This document shows, piece by piece, positions 27,795 to 38,828 of a stretch of 64,000 bases of DNA. Position 1 is the stretch's first letter. Every line of letters begins with the position of its first letter. Made by a program: the position numbers and the translations under genes. Below the pieces are notes generated by a model. The model was not told where the DNA came from and did not search any database. It saw nothing but the letters and a program-made list of their open reading frames with translations. The stretch is from assembly GCA_009702965.1 (NCBI GenBank), contig WLHB01000001.1:30788-94787 (forward strand), in the 5' to 3' direction. The stretch comes from Actinomycetota bacterium (GTDB lineage Bacteria; Actinomycetota; Actinomycetes; Nanopelagicales; Nanopelagicaceae).

Positions 27795-29276
27795 GTGCGA
27801 CCACTCCTTGAATACTCAATTAGCGTGGAGCTGATTTCTCATTTACTCAGCGTTGAGACCACATTAGATCCTCAGCTCACTTTCACGGGTGTGACATCAG
27901 ATGATAGAAATGTGATCGCAGGAGATCTCTTCCTTGCCTATCCTGGAAAAAATTCACATGGTGCAGAATTTGCTCAGAGTGCAATCTCTAGAGGAGCACG
28001 TGCGATCCTTACAGATCCACGCGGCGCTGAGATCGCACAGGGCTTGCCGGTTATTGTTATTGCTAGCGCTCGTATTGCTGGTGCCCTGGTGAGCTCTCAT
28101 CTCTATGGCAAACCGATACAAGAGATGCAGAGTATTGCTATAACTGGAACGAATGGGAAAACAACAGTATCTACTTTGCTCTATCAACTTTTGCAATTAG
28201 CAGGACGTGAAACTGGCTTGATCGGAACTGTTGAAACACGCATAGGGCGTCAACGACTGGAAAGTTCACGAACAACTCCTGAAGCTGATGATTTACAGGC
28301 ACTTGCTGCGTCCATGAGTGAGCAGCACCTACGCCACCTCGTCATGGAGGTATCAAGTCATGCGATGGTGATGAACCGAATCCATGGCTCTCACTTTGCT
28401 ATCGCAGGATTTACCAACCTCACACAAGATCACTTAGATTTTCACGGCAACATGGAGGAGTACTTCGCAGCAAAATCTTCACTCTTTTCGCTTGAATTTG
28501 CAGACCAGGCCTTTATCAATATCGATGATCCTTATGGTCTAAGACTTTTTACCAACTGTCAGATCCCTGCAACATCGCTCTCTCAGAGCAATCCTCAGGC
28601 TACCTGGCACTACACATCAATTACTCCAACCGCTCGTGGAACGGATTTCTCACTTCGTGGCAGCGGAGGAATACTTATCGAATCATCAACTCCTCTACGC
28701 GGAAGTTTTAATCTAGATAACCTACTTTTGGCTCTTGCGATTGCAACCGAGTGTGGAATCGATCCCTTGGATAGCGCAGCGCTTACTCCGAAACTTTATG
28801 GTGCACCGGGGCGTATGGAGGTAGTTGATAGAGGACAGAGTTTTAACGCTTTAGTTGATTATGCCCACACACCTGATGCTGTTCGTAGCGTGCTCGCCAC
28901 CGCAGCAGCCTTTACCTCCGGAAGAGTCATTGCCGTACTAGGTTGTGGGGGCGATAGAGATTCGAGCAAGCGCCCACTCATGGGCAAGGCTCTGCATGAA
29001 GGTGCCGCTATTGCAGTGTTTACAAGTGATAATCCAAGAAGTGAGAATCCGATGGAAATCCTTAAGGAGATGACATCAGGAATTTCTGTATCAGAACCGT
29101 CTGCAGTAATCAGTGATCGAGCAGCAGCTATTGCACATGCGGTCTCACTGTCGCTGCCAGGTGACACCCTTCTCATTCTTGGCAAAGGTCACGAAGTAGG
29201 ACAAGAAGTCGCTGGTCAGACGATCGACTTTGACGATCGCGTGGTTTTGGCAGCGGCAATAGAGGCGCAATCATGA
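27795..29276 (+). CDS. murE: UDP-MurNAc-dipeptide:diamino acid ligase
   Basis: TGTNGKTT, TTPE, EVSSH, DHLDFH, DYAHTPD and DNPR (DAP-type) motifs. Confidence 0.96.
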   Translation: MRPLLEYSISVELISHLLSVETTLDPQLTFTGVTSDDRNVIAGDLFLAYPGKNSHGAEFAQSAISRGARAILTDPRGAEIAQGLPVIVIASARIAGALVSSHLYGKPIQEMQSIAITGTNGKTTVSTLLYQLLQLAGRETGLIGTVETRIGRQRLESSRTTPEADDLQALAASMSEQHLRHLVMEVSSHAMVMNRIHGSHFAIAGFTNLTQDHLDFHGNMEEYFAAKSSLFSLEFADQAFINIDDPYGLRLFTNCQIPATSLSQSNPQATWHYTSITPTARGTDFSLRGSGGILIESSTPLRGSFNLDNLLLALAIATECGIDPLDSAALTPKLYGAPGRMEVVDRGQSFNALVDYAHTPDAVRSVLATAAAFTSGRVIAVLGCGGDRDSSKRPLMGKALHEGAAIAVFTSDNPRSENPMEILKEMTSGISVSEPSAVISDRAAAIAHAVSLSLPGDTLLILGKGHEVGQEVAGQTIDFDDRVVLAAAIEAQS

Positions 29277-30673
29277 TTCCTTTACTCGCTTCACAGATTG
29301 CAGAAATAGTTAATGGAGTTCTCGAAGGCGGGGATGTGGAGGTCACTGCAGCCCCGGTACTGAACTCTTCTGCAGCCACTCATGGTTGTATCTTCTTAGC
29401 TTTCGCGGGAGAGAAATCAGATGGTCACACCTTTGTTTCCGACGCCTTTGCACGCGGATGTGTCGTTGCAATTACCTCTCAAGCGGTCAATGAACGACAC
29501 ATTCTCGTAGATGATGTCACTGCAGCACTTACAGCTTTAGCACGCTTTGTTCGAGAGAGATTAACAAACCTGACAGTTATTGGCATCACGGGTTCGCAAG
29601 GTAAGACTACGACTAAAGATCTTCTGCGTCATATGTTGTCTCAGCATGGAGAAACGATTGCTCCTCAAGGAAATTACAATAATGAACTCGGCGTTCCTCT
29701 TACAATTTTAGAATGTTCGATGACAACGAAATTTGCAATCATCGAAATGGGTGCGCGCCATAAAGGAGATATTGCCCATTTGGCTTCTATCGCTCAACCA
29801 GATATCGCAGTAGTTCTGCGCGTTGGCATGGCTCATCTCGGCGAATTTGGATCGATGGAACTTATCGCGGAGACGAAATCAGAGCTTGTAAGTTCACTTA
29901 AAGATAATGGAATTGCGATCTTGGGGCAGTATGACCCATTCACTAAGGCGATGAGCTCTTTACATCATGGCCACATCATTACCTTTGGAGTCGCACACTC
30001 CGATCTCGTTCGCGCAACGGAGATTGAGCTTCGCGAAGGCCGTCCTCACTTTGATCTCGTCACCCCAGAAGGTCGAGCCGCAGTAGGCCTAAGAATTGTT
30101 GGCGAACATCAGGTAGCAAATGCCCTCGCCTGTGCCGCAGTCGGAACCGCATTGAAATTCTCGCTCGATTCGATTGCCGGTGCACTTTCCACTGCATTCA
30201 TCGAGAGCCGTTGGCGTATGCAGATTGAGGAGTTCTGTGAAGTTGTTCTGATCAATGATTCCTACAACGCAAGCCCTGATGCGATGGAGGCAGCCCTTAA
30301 AACCTTGATTCTCTTTGCCCAAGAGCGCGGAGGGCGATCATGGGCATTTCTAGGAAAGATGGCTGAACTCGGCGAGTCCTCAGAGGTGGCACATCAACAC
30401 ATTGGCACCCTTGCCTATGAACTTGGTATCGATCATCTGGTTGCGATTGATACCCCGGAGTACTTAACAGGGGAGTCATCGACGGCAGGCATAACGACAC
30501 ATTCCTGCTCACGCGAGGAAGCGATCGCACTTGCAGAGCAAGTTGAACCAGGTGATGTGATTCTTGTAAAGGCTTCTCGATCAGAATCGTTTGAACTTAT
30601 TGCGGAAGAGATTGAAAAGGTTATTAGGGCTCGGCACGGAGAGATTGAACAGATAGGAGGTGAGTTAAGTTGA
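29273..30673 (+). CDS. murF: UDP-MurNAc-tripeptide:D-Ala-D-Ala ligase
   Basis: [25 protein letters not shown] and VKASR motifs. Confidence 0.96.
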   Translation: MIPLLASQIAEIVNGVLEGGDVEVTAAPVLNSSAATHGCIFLAFAGEKSDGHTFVSDAFARGCVVAITSQAVNERHILVDDVTAALTALARFVRERLTNLTVIGITGSQGKTTTKDLLRHMLSQHGETIAPQGNYNNELGVPLTILECSMTTKFAIIEMGARHKGDIAHLASIAQPDIAVVLRVGMAHLGEFGSMELIAETKSELVSSLKDNGIAILGQYDPFTKAMSSLHHGHIITFGVAHSDLVRATEIELREGRPHFDLVTPEGRAAVGLRIVGEHQVANALACAAVGTALKFSLDSIAGALSTAFIESRWRMQIEEFCEVVLINDSYNASPDAMEAALKTLILFAQERGGRSWAFLGKMAELGESSEVAHQHIGTLAYELGIDHLVAIDTPEYLTGESSTAGITTHSCSREEAIALAEQVEPGDVILVKASRSESFELIAEEIEKVIRARHGEIEQIGGELS

Positions 30674-31728
30674 GAACTATTCTGATGGCTGGAGGATTTG
30701 CACTCCTTATCTCTCTCTTTGGTACCCCTGTGTTGATTCGTGTACTAGCGCGTCGTGGTTATGGACAAATCATCCGAGATGACGGACCAACTTCTCACCA
30801 CACTAAACGAGGCACACCTACTATGGGTGGAATCATTATCATTTTTGCAGCAATTAGCGCATATTTGTTGGCCCACCTCATTAGTGGAAATGCCGTTACC
30901 GCTTCCGCAGCGCTGGTAATCGGATTAGTCGTTGCTCTGGGACTCGTTGGTTTTATCGATGATTGGCTAAAGGTTTCACGCCAGCAATCGTTAGGCCTCA
31001 CCTCACGGCAAAAACTGCTAGGTCAGGTTTCAATTGCGTCGATCTTCGCATATCTCGGAACTCAATTCGTTGACAAAGATGGACTTAGCCCAATTTCTCT
31101 ACAACTTTCTACTGTACGAGATACATCAATCACTCTTGGAGCTTTCTTTGTAGTTATCTGGGTAGCGCTCATGGTGACTGCCACCAGTAACGGCGTTAAT
31201 CTCACAGATGGTTTAGATGGTTTAGCTTCAGGCGCTTCCGTCCTTACCTTCATCTCCTTTATTCTCATTGGAGTGTGGGAGTTCGGACAAAGTTGTGCCG
31301 TTGCTCCTGGAATCAATTGTTATGAAGTCAGGGACCCTCTAGATATTGCTGTTCTCGCTGCATCATTTGCTGGAGCATGTACAGGCTTCCTCTGGTGGAA
31401 CGCGTCACCAGCAAAGATTTTTATGGGAGATACGGGCTCACTTGCATTGGGTGGAGCGTTGGCAGGTATTGCAACTACATTGCGAGTAGAGCTCCTTCTC
31501 ATTCCATTGGGCGGATTGTTTGTCATCATTACGATGTCAGTAATTATCCAAACTCTCTACTTCAAGATTTCCGGAGGGAAGCGAGTTTTTCGCATGGCTC
31601 CACTTCAGCACCATTTCGAATTGATGGGCTGGGGAGAGGTAACGATTGTGATTCGTTTCTGGATTATCGCTGGCCTCTGCGTCGCTGGCGGGCTAGGGCT
31701 TTTCTATGCCGATTGGGTTGCCGGTTAA
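30670..31728 (+). CDS. mraY: Phospho-MurNAc-pentapeptide transferase
   Basis: [28 protein letters not shown] and APLQHHFE motifs. Confidence 0.97.
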   Translation: MRTILMAGGFALLISLFGTPVLIRVLARRGYGQIIRDDGPTSHHTKRGTPTMGGIIIIFAAISAYLLAHLISGNAVTASAALVIGLVVALGLVGFIDDWLKVSRQQSLGLTSRQKLLGQVSIASIFAYLGTQFVDKDGLSPISLQLSTVRDTSITLGAFFVVIWVALMVTATSNGVNLTDGLDGLASGASVLTFISFILIGVWEFGQSCAVAPGINCYEVRDPLDIAVLAASFAGACTGFLWWNASPAKIFMGDTGSLALGGALAGIATTLRVELLLIPLGGLFVIITMSVIIQTLYFKISGGKRVFRMAPLQHHFELMGWGEVTIVIRFWIIAGLCVAGGLGLFYADWVAG

Positions 31729-31750
31729 TGCCATCGATAGCGAGCAGTAA

Positions 31751-33148
31751 GTGAGTAACGAATCTCTTTATTCTCAGAAGAGAATATTGATTTTAGGTGC
31801 GGGAGTTACAGGCCTTGCCTGTGCTCACTCACTCTCCTCACGCCAGGCACAAATCACAGTTGTAGATGACAATCACAGTGAACCTAACGCTGCAGATTAT
31901 GAAGTTCTCACAACAACCTCAGTCTCAGCAACTGATTTTGATTACGTTCTCATTTCACCCGGTTGGAAGGCGACCCACCCTCTGATTATTCAGGCGGTGC
32001 AAGAAGGCATCCCTCTACTCAATGAAATTGATCTTGCATGGGAGATTCGCCAAGAGCGCTCACCAGGGCAAAAATGGATTGCACTCACTGGAACTAACGG
32101 CAAGACAACAACGGTCGAGATGACAGCTTCCGCGCTTCGTTCCGGGGGACTTCACGCAGTTGCGTGCGGAAATGTTGGTAAGACAGTTATCGAGTGTGTA
32201 GATAGCAGCGAAAACTATGATGCCTTAGTGGTTGAACTATCGAGTTTTCAACTGCATTGGTTGAAGCGGGCAGAGTTTCTCTCATGCGCAATTCTCAACA
32301 TTGCCGATGACCATACTGATTGGCATGGAAATTTCGAGCTGTATGCAAATGCCAAGATTTCAATTTTAGATCGATCACTCACTGCAATCCTCAATGGAGA
32401 TGATAAAGAAGTTGTTGGGCGAACATCACACTGGAACGGGCGAAAGGTTTTCTATTCACTCGATACGCCAAAGCCAGGAGAAATTGGTTTAGTTGAAGAG
32501 ATACTCGTTGATCGAGCCTTTGTCCCAGACCCACAAGAAGCGTCCATGATTGCCGAGCTGCTAGAGATCAAGCCGACAGTCCCACATAACATTTCAAATG
32601 CTTTGGCCGCTGCGGGTCTAGCAAGAACTCTTGGCGTACCTCACGAAAAGATTCGTGAAGCCTTGGCAGATTTTTCTCCAGGACGCCACAGAATTGAAGT
32701 GGTGGCAGAGAAAGATGGAATCACGTGGATAGATGATTCAAAGGCAACTAATCCGCATGCCGCGCAAGCGTCACTGTTCTCTGCTCTTTCTGTAATTTGG
32801 TTAGCGGGAGGGATGGCTAAAGGTGCCGATGTCAGCGGGCTAGTTGCGCGAGCACATCCTCGAATCAAGAGAGCGATAATTTTTGGTCAAGATCGTAAAC
32901 TTTTTGCTCAAGCCTTTGCCGAGCATGCCCCGCACATTCAGGTGATTGAACTAGACCCCCCAGCGGATTATCAGCGCGGTGCTTCATCGAATACTTTTAT
33001 GGAAGAGATTGTTCGCAGAGCCCACGAATGTGCAGAAGATGGTGATACCGTCTTATTGGCTCCGGCCTGCGCTTCTATGGATCAATTTGTATCCTATGCC
33101 GATCGTGGAGATCGATTTGCAGATGCCGTGCGAAAGGCGCTGAAATGA
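31751..33148 (+). CDS. murD: UDP-MurNAc-L-Ala:D-Glu ligase
   Basis: TGTNGKTT, ELSSFQL, DDSKATN and LAPACASMDQF motifs. Confidence 0.96.
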   Translation: MSNESLYSQKRILILGAGVTGLACAHSLSSRQAQITVVDDNHSEPNAADYEVLTTTSVSATDFDYVLISPGWKATHPLIIQAVQEGIPLLNEIDLAWEIRQERSPGQKWIALTGTNGKTTTVEMTASALRSGGLHAVACGNVGKTVIECVDSSENYDALVVELSSFQLHWLKRAEFLSCAILNIADDHTDWHGNFELYANAKISILDRSLTAILNGDDKEVVGRTSHWNGRKVFYSLDTPKPGEIGLVEEILVDRAFVPDPQEASMIAELLEIKPTVPHNISNALAAAGLARTLGVPHEKIREALADFSPGRHRIEVVAEKDGITWIDDSKATNPHAAQASLFSALSVIWLAGGMAKGADVSGLVARAHPRIKRAIIFGQDRKLFAQAFAEHAPHIQVIELDPPADYQRGASSNTFMEEIVRRAHECAEDGDTVLLAPACASMDQFVSYADRGDRFADAVRKALK

Positions 33149-34317
33149 CACGATTAACTCCTTCGCGATCACTTAAGAATCCAGCAGCACCTTTCTATGC
33201 TCTCATTATTAGCGTCGCACTTCTTTCAGTCATTGGCGTCGTCATGGTCTTCTCTGCATCGTCAATCTATTCACTGGATACAAAAGGCTCTGCAGGTGCG
33301 ATTTTTCTCCGACAACTAGCCTTCCTTGCTATTTCAATCCCGATGGTTTTTTTCATGGCCAGGCTTTCACTCAAGAGCTGGAAGACTCTTGCTCGATTTG
33401 GTTTGATTCTCTCAGTTGTAATCCTTCTGGCCTTGCGTACTGGTATCGGTAAGACTGTTAATGGAAATACAAACTGGATTAATCTCGGCCCTATTGATGT
33501 TCAACCAAGTGAACTAGCAAAGTTCTTGCTTATTCTGTGGGCCGCTCAGCTTCTAGCCTCTCGCGTAAGCGCTGGTTTTGTCCGAATAAATGTTTTGGCG
33601 TTGATCGCACCTGGATTCATTGTGGTGAGTGGACTCGTAATGTGGGGAAGAGATTTGGGTACCGCCTCTGTAATCATGGCAATCTTAGGTGGACTTCTAT
33701 TTGTCTCAGGAATTCCACTGCGACTCATTGGAACCCTTGTCGCATCTGCTGCAATCGCTTTAGGATTTTTTATCGCAACCGCTCCTTACCGTGCTGCGCG
33801 TTGGAGCGTATTCCTTAACCCATTTGATCCCGAACAGTATAAAAACGAAGGATGGCAACCAGCGCACAGTTTGCTTGGTCTTGCTAGCGGAGGAATCTTC
33901 GGAGTCGGTCTTGGTGGCAGTAGACAAAAATGGGGAAATCTTCCAGAGGCCCACACCGATTTTATCTTTGCCGTCATTGGTGAAGAGCTAGGACTAATCG
34001 GCACGCTCTCGATTCTCGCTCTCTTGGGAACACTGATTTACTCAATAGTTCGAATCTCAATGAGTTCGGTTGATCCATTCACACGCTTTGCCTGCGCAGG
34101 TATCGCTTCGTGGATAGCAATTCAATCGGTCTTGAATATGGGTTCTGCTCTCAGTCTTCTTCCAGTTGTTGGAGTCACGTTGCCACTGGTTTCTTACGGT
34201 GGATCGGCTCTTATCGCCACTTACATGGGAATAGGTTTTGTGGCATCGAGTGCTCTTCGAAATCCTGAGATTATCGCTGAAGTCAGAAGAGCAGTTGCAA
34301 AGAGAAAAGGTAAGTAA
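33145..34317 (+). CDS. ftsW: SEDS peptidoglycan polymerase
   Basis: QPSELAK, LPEAHTDFIFA.IGEELG and LPLVSYGGS motifs. Confidence 0.95.
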   Translation: MTRLTPSRSLKNPAAPFYALIISVALLSVIGVVMVFSASSIYSLDTKGSAGAIFLRQLAFLAISIPMVFFMARLSLKSWKTLARFGLILSVVILLALRTGIGKTVNGNTNWINLGPIDVQPSELAKFLLILWAAQLLASRVSAGFVRINVLALIAPGFIVVSGLVMWGRDLGTASVIMAILGGLLFVSGIPLRLIGTLVASAAIALGFFIATAPYRAARWSVFLNPFDPEQYKNEGWQPAHSLLGLASGGIFGVGLGGSRQKWGNLPEAHTDFIFAVIGEELGLIGTLSILALLGTLIYSIVRISMSSVDPFTRFACAGIASWIAIQSVLNMGSALSLLPVVGVTLPLVSYGGSALIATYMGIGFVASSALRNPEIIAEVRRAVAKRKGK

Positions 34318-35421
34318 TTGAGCCCGCGCACTGTTGTCTTTGCTGGCGGTGGAACTGCAGGTCATATCCAACCCGCTGTAGCAGTTGCTCGCCATTGGCG
34401 AAAAGAAAACCCCCAGGATCGAATTCTCTTTCTCGGTACCTCCACTGGCTTGGAGACAACGCTCATTCCCGAATCTGGATTTGAGCTGCAACTCATTGCA
34501 CGGGTAAGAGTTCCACGAAGTCTCTCTATTAATTTGCTGCGTATTCCAGCTCAACTTGTGCGTTCTATCTTTGATTGTCGCCGAGCTCTTAAAGACGCAG
34601 ATGTATTAATTGGATTTGGGGGATATGTCTCGGCACCTGCCTACCTTGCGGCAGCATCGCGCAGAATTCCGATCGTCATCCATGAGGCAAATGCAAAGCC
34701 AGGATGGGCTAATCGTCTCGGAACCCTCTTCACCAAATCACTTGCAGTCGGAACGCCGGTCTCTCGTGGAGCATTCTCTTCGGCGCTCATCGCTGGAATT
34801 CCTCTGAGGGGCGATATTGCCCAGCTCCTTCACCTGAATAGAGATCTCGATAGAAATAAGTGGCAGGATCTTCAAGCCCAAGCAAAAAAGTCCTTAGGTT
34901 TCGATCCACAGCGACCGTTGATACTGGTCTTTGGTGGTTCACAAGGTTCACAGGTAATCAACTCTGTCATCGAAACGGCTCGCCCGCGCATTAGCGCAAA
35001 GTCGATTTCAATACTTCATTCTGTTGGCGGATCAAATGATCTTCCAGCTGCCCAGGAGTACTACAAAGCAGTCTCATACATTCACGACATGGCAACTGCA
35101 TATGTAGCAGCAGATCTAGTTATTGCGCGAAGTGGCGCTATCACCTGCTCAGAGGTGCGCGCCTTAGGAAAATTCACAATTTTCATTCCGCTTGCAGTGG
35201 GAAATGGTGAACAAGCTCTCAATGCTCTTGAATTAGTTGCTCGGGAAAGCGCGGTGATGATTGAGCAGAAATCCTTCACCGCTACATGGTTGGTCGATAA
35301 CATTGACTCCATGATCGACCAGAGTATCGCCAACGTGCGTGGCATCGACTTTGGCGATCTTGATGCAGCGCAGAAGATTGCAGCACTCATGGAGAACGCT
35401 CTCAGAAAATTTAAGGCTTAA
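34318..35421 (+). CDS. murG: Lipid II GlcNAc transferase
   Basis: GGGTAGH, GFGGYVS, HEAN, GGSQG, RSGA and EQ..NA motifs. Confidence 0.96.
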   Translation: MSPRTVVFAGGGTAGHIQPAVAVARHWRKENPQDRILFLGTSTGLETTLIPESGFELQLIARVRVPRSLSINLLRIPAQLVRSIFDCRRALKDADVLIGFGGYVSAPAYLAAASRRIPIVIHEANAKPGWANRLGTLFTKSLAVGTPVSRGAFSSALIAGIPLRGDIAQLLHLNRDLDRNKWQDLQAQAKKSLGFDPQRPLILVFGGSQGSQVINSVIETARPRISAKSISILHSVGGSNDLPAAQEYYKAVSYIHDMATAYVAADLVIARSGAITCSEVRALGKFTIFIPLAVGNGEQALNALELVARESAVMIEQKSFTATWLVDNIDSMIDQSIANVRGIDFGDLDAAQKIAALMENALRKFKA

Positions 35422-35465
35422 CTCGATGCCTAACTCGATGCCTAACTCGATGCCTAACTCAATGC
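35419..35465 (+). repeat. 12-bp tandem repeat (TAACTCGATGCC x3 plus TAACTCAATGC) at the murG/murC junction
   Basis: Units start at 35419, 35431, 35443 and 35455. Confidence 0.95.
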
Positions 35466-36862
35466 AGCGACCAGAGCTGAAAGAGTGGATTGGAGAGTCT
35501 CTCCACTTTGTTGGTATTGCCGGTGCCGGCATGAGCGGATTGGCCCGTATCGCACTCTCGCACGGCATACAGGTCTCCGGAAGCGATAGCAAAGACTCTT
35601 CGGTCGTCTTAGCGCTGCGGGCACTTGGTGCGGTGGTGCATATTGGACATGATGCATCGAATGTAGAAGGTAAAAAATTTGTTATCTACTCAAATGCAAT
35701 TCCCCAAAGCAACCCTGAAATTGTCAGTGCGAAAGAGTTGGGTGCGGTCTTGCTCACGCGCGCGCAGGCGCTAGCAATATTAATGACTGGCACAGAGAGC
35801 GTTGCAGTGGCTGGTACGCATGGAAAAACTACAACATCGTCCATGCTGACCGTTGCCCTTCAATCCTGCGGTGCCGATCCTTCATTTGCGATCGGGGGAA
35901 CGCTCACCGCCTCTGGATCGAATGCTCACAGAGGAACCGGAAATATTTTTGTTGCTGAAGCGGATGAGTCAGATGGATCGTTCTTGGAGTATCGCCCCTA
36001 TAGCGCGATTGTGACCAATGTTGAACACGACCATGTCGATTATTTTCTTACACCTGCTTCAGTTATCGAAGTCTTTGTCGAGTTTGTGAAGTCAATCGAC
36101 CCAGAAGGGTTTCTTATCTATTGCAGAGATGATGCAAGTGCGACTGCAATTGCAGAGAACTCATCAGCTAAGAGGGTCTCTTACGGCACAGATCCTCAAT
36201 CAGATTTACTCATTGATCAGATTCAATTACTTCCAATGGGTTCAAAGTCACGTCTGCTATGGAAAGGCCGAACCATTGGAACGCTGGAATTACAGGTTCC
36301 GGGCCACCACAACCTGCTCAATGCTGCTGCAGTGGTTGCAATGGGATTATCACTGGATCAACCAATCGCAGAACTTCTTCAGGGATTGCGCACCTTTCAA
36401 GGAGCAGGTCGCCGCTTTGAGTTAAAGGCCAGCGTGGCCGGAGTCAGGGTGGTTGATGATTATGGACATCACCCAACCGAGATTGAAGTAACTCTGACAG
36501 CTGCGCGCCGTTATGCCGGTGACGGTCGAGTGCTCGTCATATTTCAGCCGCATCGTTACAGTCGAACTCAGGCATTTCTTGACTCCTTTGCGCGAACTCT
36601 AGATTTGGCAGATCACGCAATACTTCTTGAGATATATCCTGCGAGTGAGCTACCGATTCCTGGTGTGAGCTCTTCATTGATTGCAGAGAAAATGGTTAAC
36701 GGAGTTTTTCTTCCCAACTTTCTCGAAGCATCGGAGGCAATCATCTCTATGGCAAAGCCTGGTGATGTGATCCTCACACTGGGCGCAGGTGATGTAAATT
36801 CATTAGCGCCGATCATTGTGGCCGGCCTCGAGCAACGATTTGAGATAGACCTGAAAAAGTGA
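35426..36862 (+). CDS. murC: UDP-MurNAc:L-Ala ligase
   Basis: HFVGIAGAGMSG, GTHGKTTT, EADESD, DDYGHHPTE and FQPHRYSRT; start is one of ATG 35426, 35438, 35450 or 35462. Confidence 0.95.
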   Translation: MPNSMPNSMPNSMQRPELKEWIGESLHFVGIAGAGMSGLARIALSHGIQVSGSDSKDSSVVLALRALGAVVHIGHDASNVEGKKFVIYSNAIPQSNPEIVSAKELGAVLLTRAQALAILMTGTESVAVAGTHGKTTTSSMLTVALQSCGADPSFAIGGTLTASGSNAHRGTGNIFVAEADESDGSFLEYRPYSAIVTNVEHDHVDYFLTPASVIEVFVEFVKSIDPEGFLIYCRDDASATAIAENSSAKRVSYGTDPQSDLLIDQIQLLPMGSKSRLLWKGRTIGTLELQVPGHHNLLNAAAVVAMGLSLDQPIAELLQGLRTFQGAGRRFELKASVAGVRVVDDYGHHPTEIEVTLTAARRYAGDGRVLVIFQPHRYSRTQAFLDSFARTLDLADHAILLEIYPASELPIPGVSSSLIAEKMVNGVFLPNFLEASEAIISMAKPGDVILTLGAGDVNSLAPIIVAGLEQRFEIDLKK

Positions 36863-37542
36863 AGCGGATTCTGTTAAAGCCAACATCTCTAGTACTCATC
36901 TTCATCACTAGCGCTTTGGCATATGTTCTCGGCTGGTCACAGATCTTTACAGTCAAAGAAATCACCGTTGTTGGATCTCCGAATATTCTGACTGAAGGCG
37001 ATATCCGAAAGATGAGTCAAATCACGATTGGCCAGCAACTGGCGAGAGTGAACATCCAATCAACTGAGGGCAATATAGAGACGATTAACTGGGTCCGCGA
37101 TGCTGAGATTTCACGTAATTGGATTGATGGAAGCGTCGTCCTCTCGGTTACCTTGCGGGAGCCGATCGCTTACTTTAACTCCGACCAAGTTTCCGGTCAG
37201 ACCATCGATAGTGAGGGAGCCCTCTTTATCCTGCCAGGTTTTTCCAACAAGGAACTAGCCGTGATCTCGTCTTCCTCGCCAGAAGGAGCGCTGGCGGCGA
37301 ACTCACTCTTCACAAATCTCCCGACTGACTTTCAAGGCTCTATCTCATCGATGGTGGCAACCACGCCCTCCTCATTCATCCTCAACACACGTTTTAAAGG
37401 TCGGGATATAAAGATTCGCTGGGGCGATAGTTCGCAGATGAATCTAAAAATCTCAGTTGTTAACCGCCTTTTAGCAATGCCAGAAAATAAAAAAGTGACG
37501 GTCATTGATCTTCTTGCACCACATGCGCCAATAGTCAGTTGA
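36859..37542 (+). CDS. ftsQ: Cell division protein FtsQ
   Basis: N-terminal TM helix plus POTRA-like region; lies between murC and ftsZ. Confidence 0.85.
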   Translation: MKRILLKPTSLVLIFITSALAYVLGWSQIFTVKEITVVGSPNILTEGDIRKMSQITIGQQLARVNIQSTEGNIETINWVRDAEISRNWIDGSVVLSVTLREPIAYFNSDQVSGQTIDSEGALFILPGFSNKELAVISSSSPEGALAANSLFTNLPTDFQGSISSMVATTPSSFILNTRFKGRDIKIRWGDSSQMNLKISVVNRLLAMPENKKVTVIDLLAPHAPIVS

Positions 37543-37544
37543 AA

Positions 37545-37676
37545 AACTCTCAAGGTGAAGATGAGGAATTGGTACGAGTCGGTATTTGATTCACCCTGCG
37601 TATCAGCCTACTTTGGCGCATATTAAAGAACCACTAGAGACGATGAATCGTAACTCTCAAGGCGAGATTTATAGTT
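37545..37676 (+). promoter_or_regulatory. Two related ~25-bp boxes upstream of ftsZ (FtsR-like operator candidates)
   Basis: AACTCTCAAGG is repeated at 37545 and 37652; the second box is an imperfect palindrome, AACTCTCAA-N7-TTTATAGTT. Confidence 0.55.
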
Positions 37677-37692
37677 CATAAGGGGGATTGTT

Positions 37693-38823
37693 GTGGCTGC
37701 TCCACAGAATTACTTAGCTGTTATTAAAGTCGTTGGCATTGGCGGCGGCGGAGTGAACGCGATCAATCGAATGATTGATGTCGGACTCAAAGGTGTTGAG
37801 TTCATTGCGATTAACACTGACGCGCAACATCTACTCATGAGTGATGCCGATGTGAAACTTGATATTGGTCGTGCGTCAACAAAAGGTCTCGGTGCTGGTG
37901 CCGCACCTGAAAAAGGAAGACAGGCTGCAATTGATCACACAGAAGAGATTGAAGAAATTTTACGTGGTGCAGATATGGTCTTTGTCACCGCCGGCGAAGG
38001 TGGCGGTACAGGAACTGGTGGCGCACCGATAGTTGCAAAAATTGCACGCGATCTTGGTGCACTTACTATCGGAGTTGTTACTCGTCCATTCTCATTCGAA
38101 GGAAAAATTCGCACTAAGCAAGCAGAAGAAGGAATTGCGCTTTTGCGCGACGAAGTCGACACTCTCATTGTCATTCCTAATGATCGCCTTCTAGCAATTT
38201 CTGATCGCAACATCACCGCTGTAGATGCATTCAAGAGCGCTGACCAGGTGTTGCTATCAGGCGTGCAAGGAATCACTGAGATCATTACTCAACCAGGTTT
38301 GATCAATCTAGATTTTGCAGATGTAAAGACTGTCATGACTGATGCTGGATCGGCTCTGATGGGTATTGGTTCTGCTCGAGGAGAAAATCGTGCAGTGCGC
38401 GCTGCCGAACTTGCTATTTCTAGTCCACTACTTGAAACATCAATCGATGGTGCAATGGGTGTTCTCCTCTCCGTCGCTGGTGGATCAGATCTGGGACTCT
38501 TTGAGATCAATGAAGCATGCGAGCTGGTACAGGCTGCTGCCCATCCAGATGCTCGAATTATCTTTGGAACAACAATTGATGATGCCCTTGGCGATGAAGT
38601 ACGCATCACTGTGATTGCCGCTGGTTTTGATGGGGGCGAGCCAAAGAAGATTTCGGTGCCCGTCATCAACGCCTCAATTCTTGGTGGGGTTGCTGATCCA
38701 CTTCCAGATAATGACCCACTGGTCGTTGCAATGGATTTGGATGAGAAGAAGCCAACTAGGAAGGTAACTTTTGAAGATCTCGTTGCTGAGGATGAGATCG
38801 ATGTGCCTGACTTCATGAAGTAG
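37693..38823 (+). CDS. ftsZ: Cell division GTPase FtsZ
   Basis: GGGGVNA, GGGTGTG, INLDFAD and C-terminal DVPDFMK. Confidence 0.98.
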   Translation: MAAPQNYLAVIKVVGIGGGGVNAINRMIDVGLKGVEFIAINTDAQHLLMSDADVKLDIGRASTKGLGAGAAPEKGRQAAIDHTEEIEEILRGADMVFVTAGEGGGTGTGGAPIVAKIARDLGALTIGVVTRPFSFEGKIRTKQAEEGIALLRDEVDTLIVIPNDRLLAISDRNITAVDAFKSADQVLLSGVQGITEIITQPGLINLDFADVKTVMTDAGSALMGIGSARGENRAVRAAELAISSPLLETSIDGAMGVLLSVAGGSDLGLFEINEACELVQAAAHPDARIIFGTTIDDALGDEVRITVIAAGFDGGEPKKISVPVINASILGGVADPLPDNDPLVVAMDLDEKKPTRKVTFEDLVAEDEIDVPDFMK

Positions 38824-38828
38824 GGCGA

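Noticed and set aside
35339-35425. Long N-terminal extension of MurC in the ORF track
   Set aside because: Overlaps murG; ATGs directly after the murG stop are more plausible. Similar over-extensions were trimmed for the EamA gene, kinase, MFS, yggS, trpC, trpB and trpA
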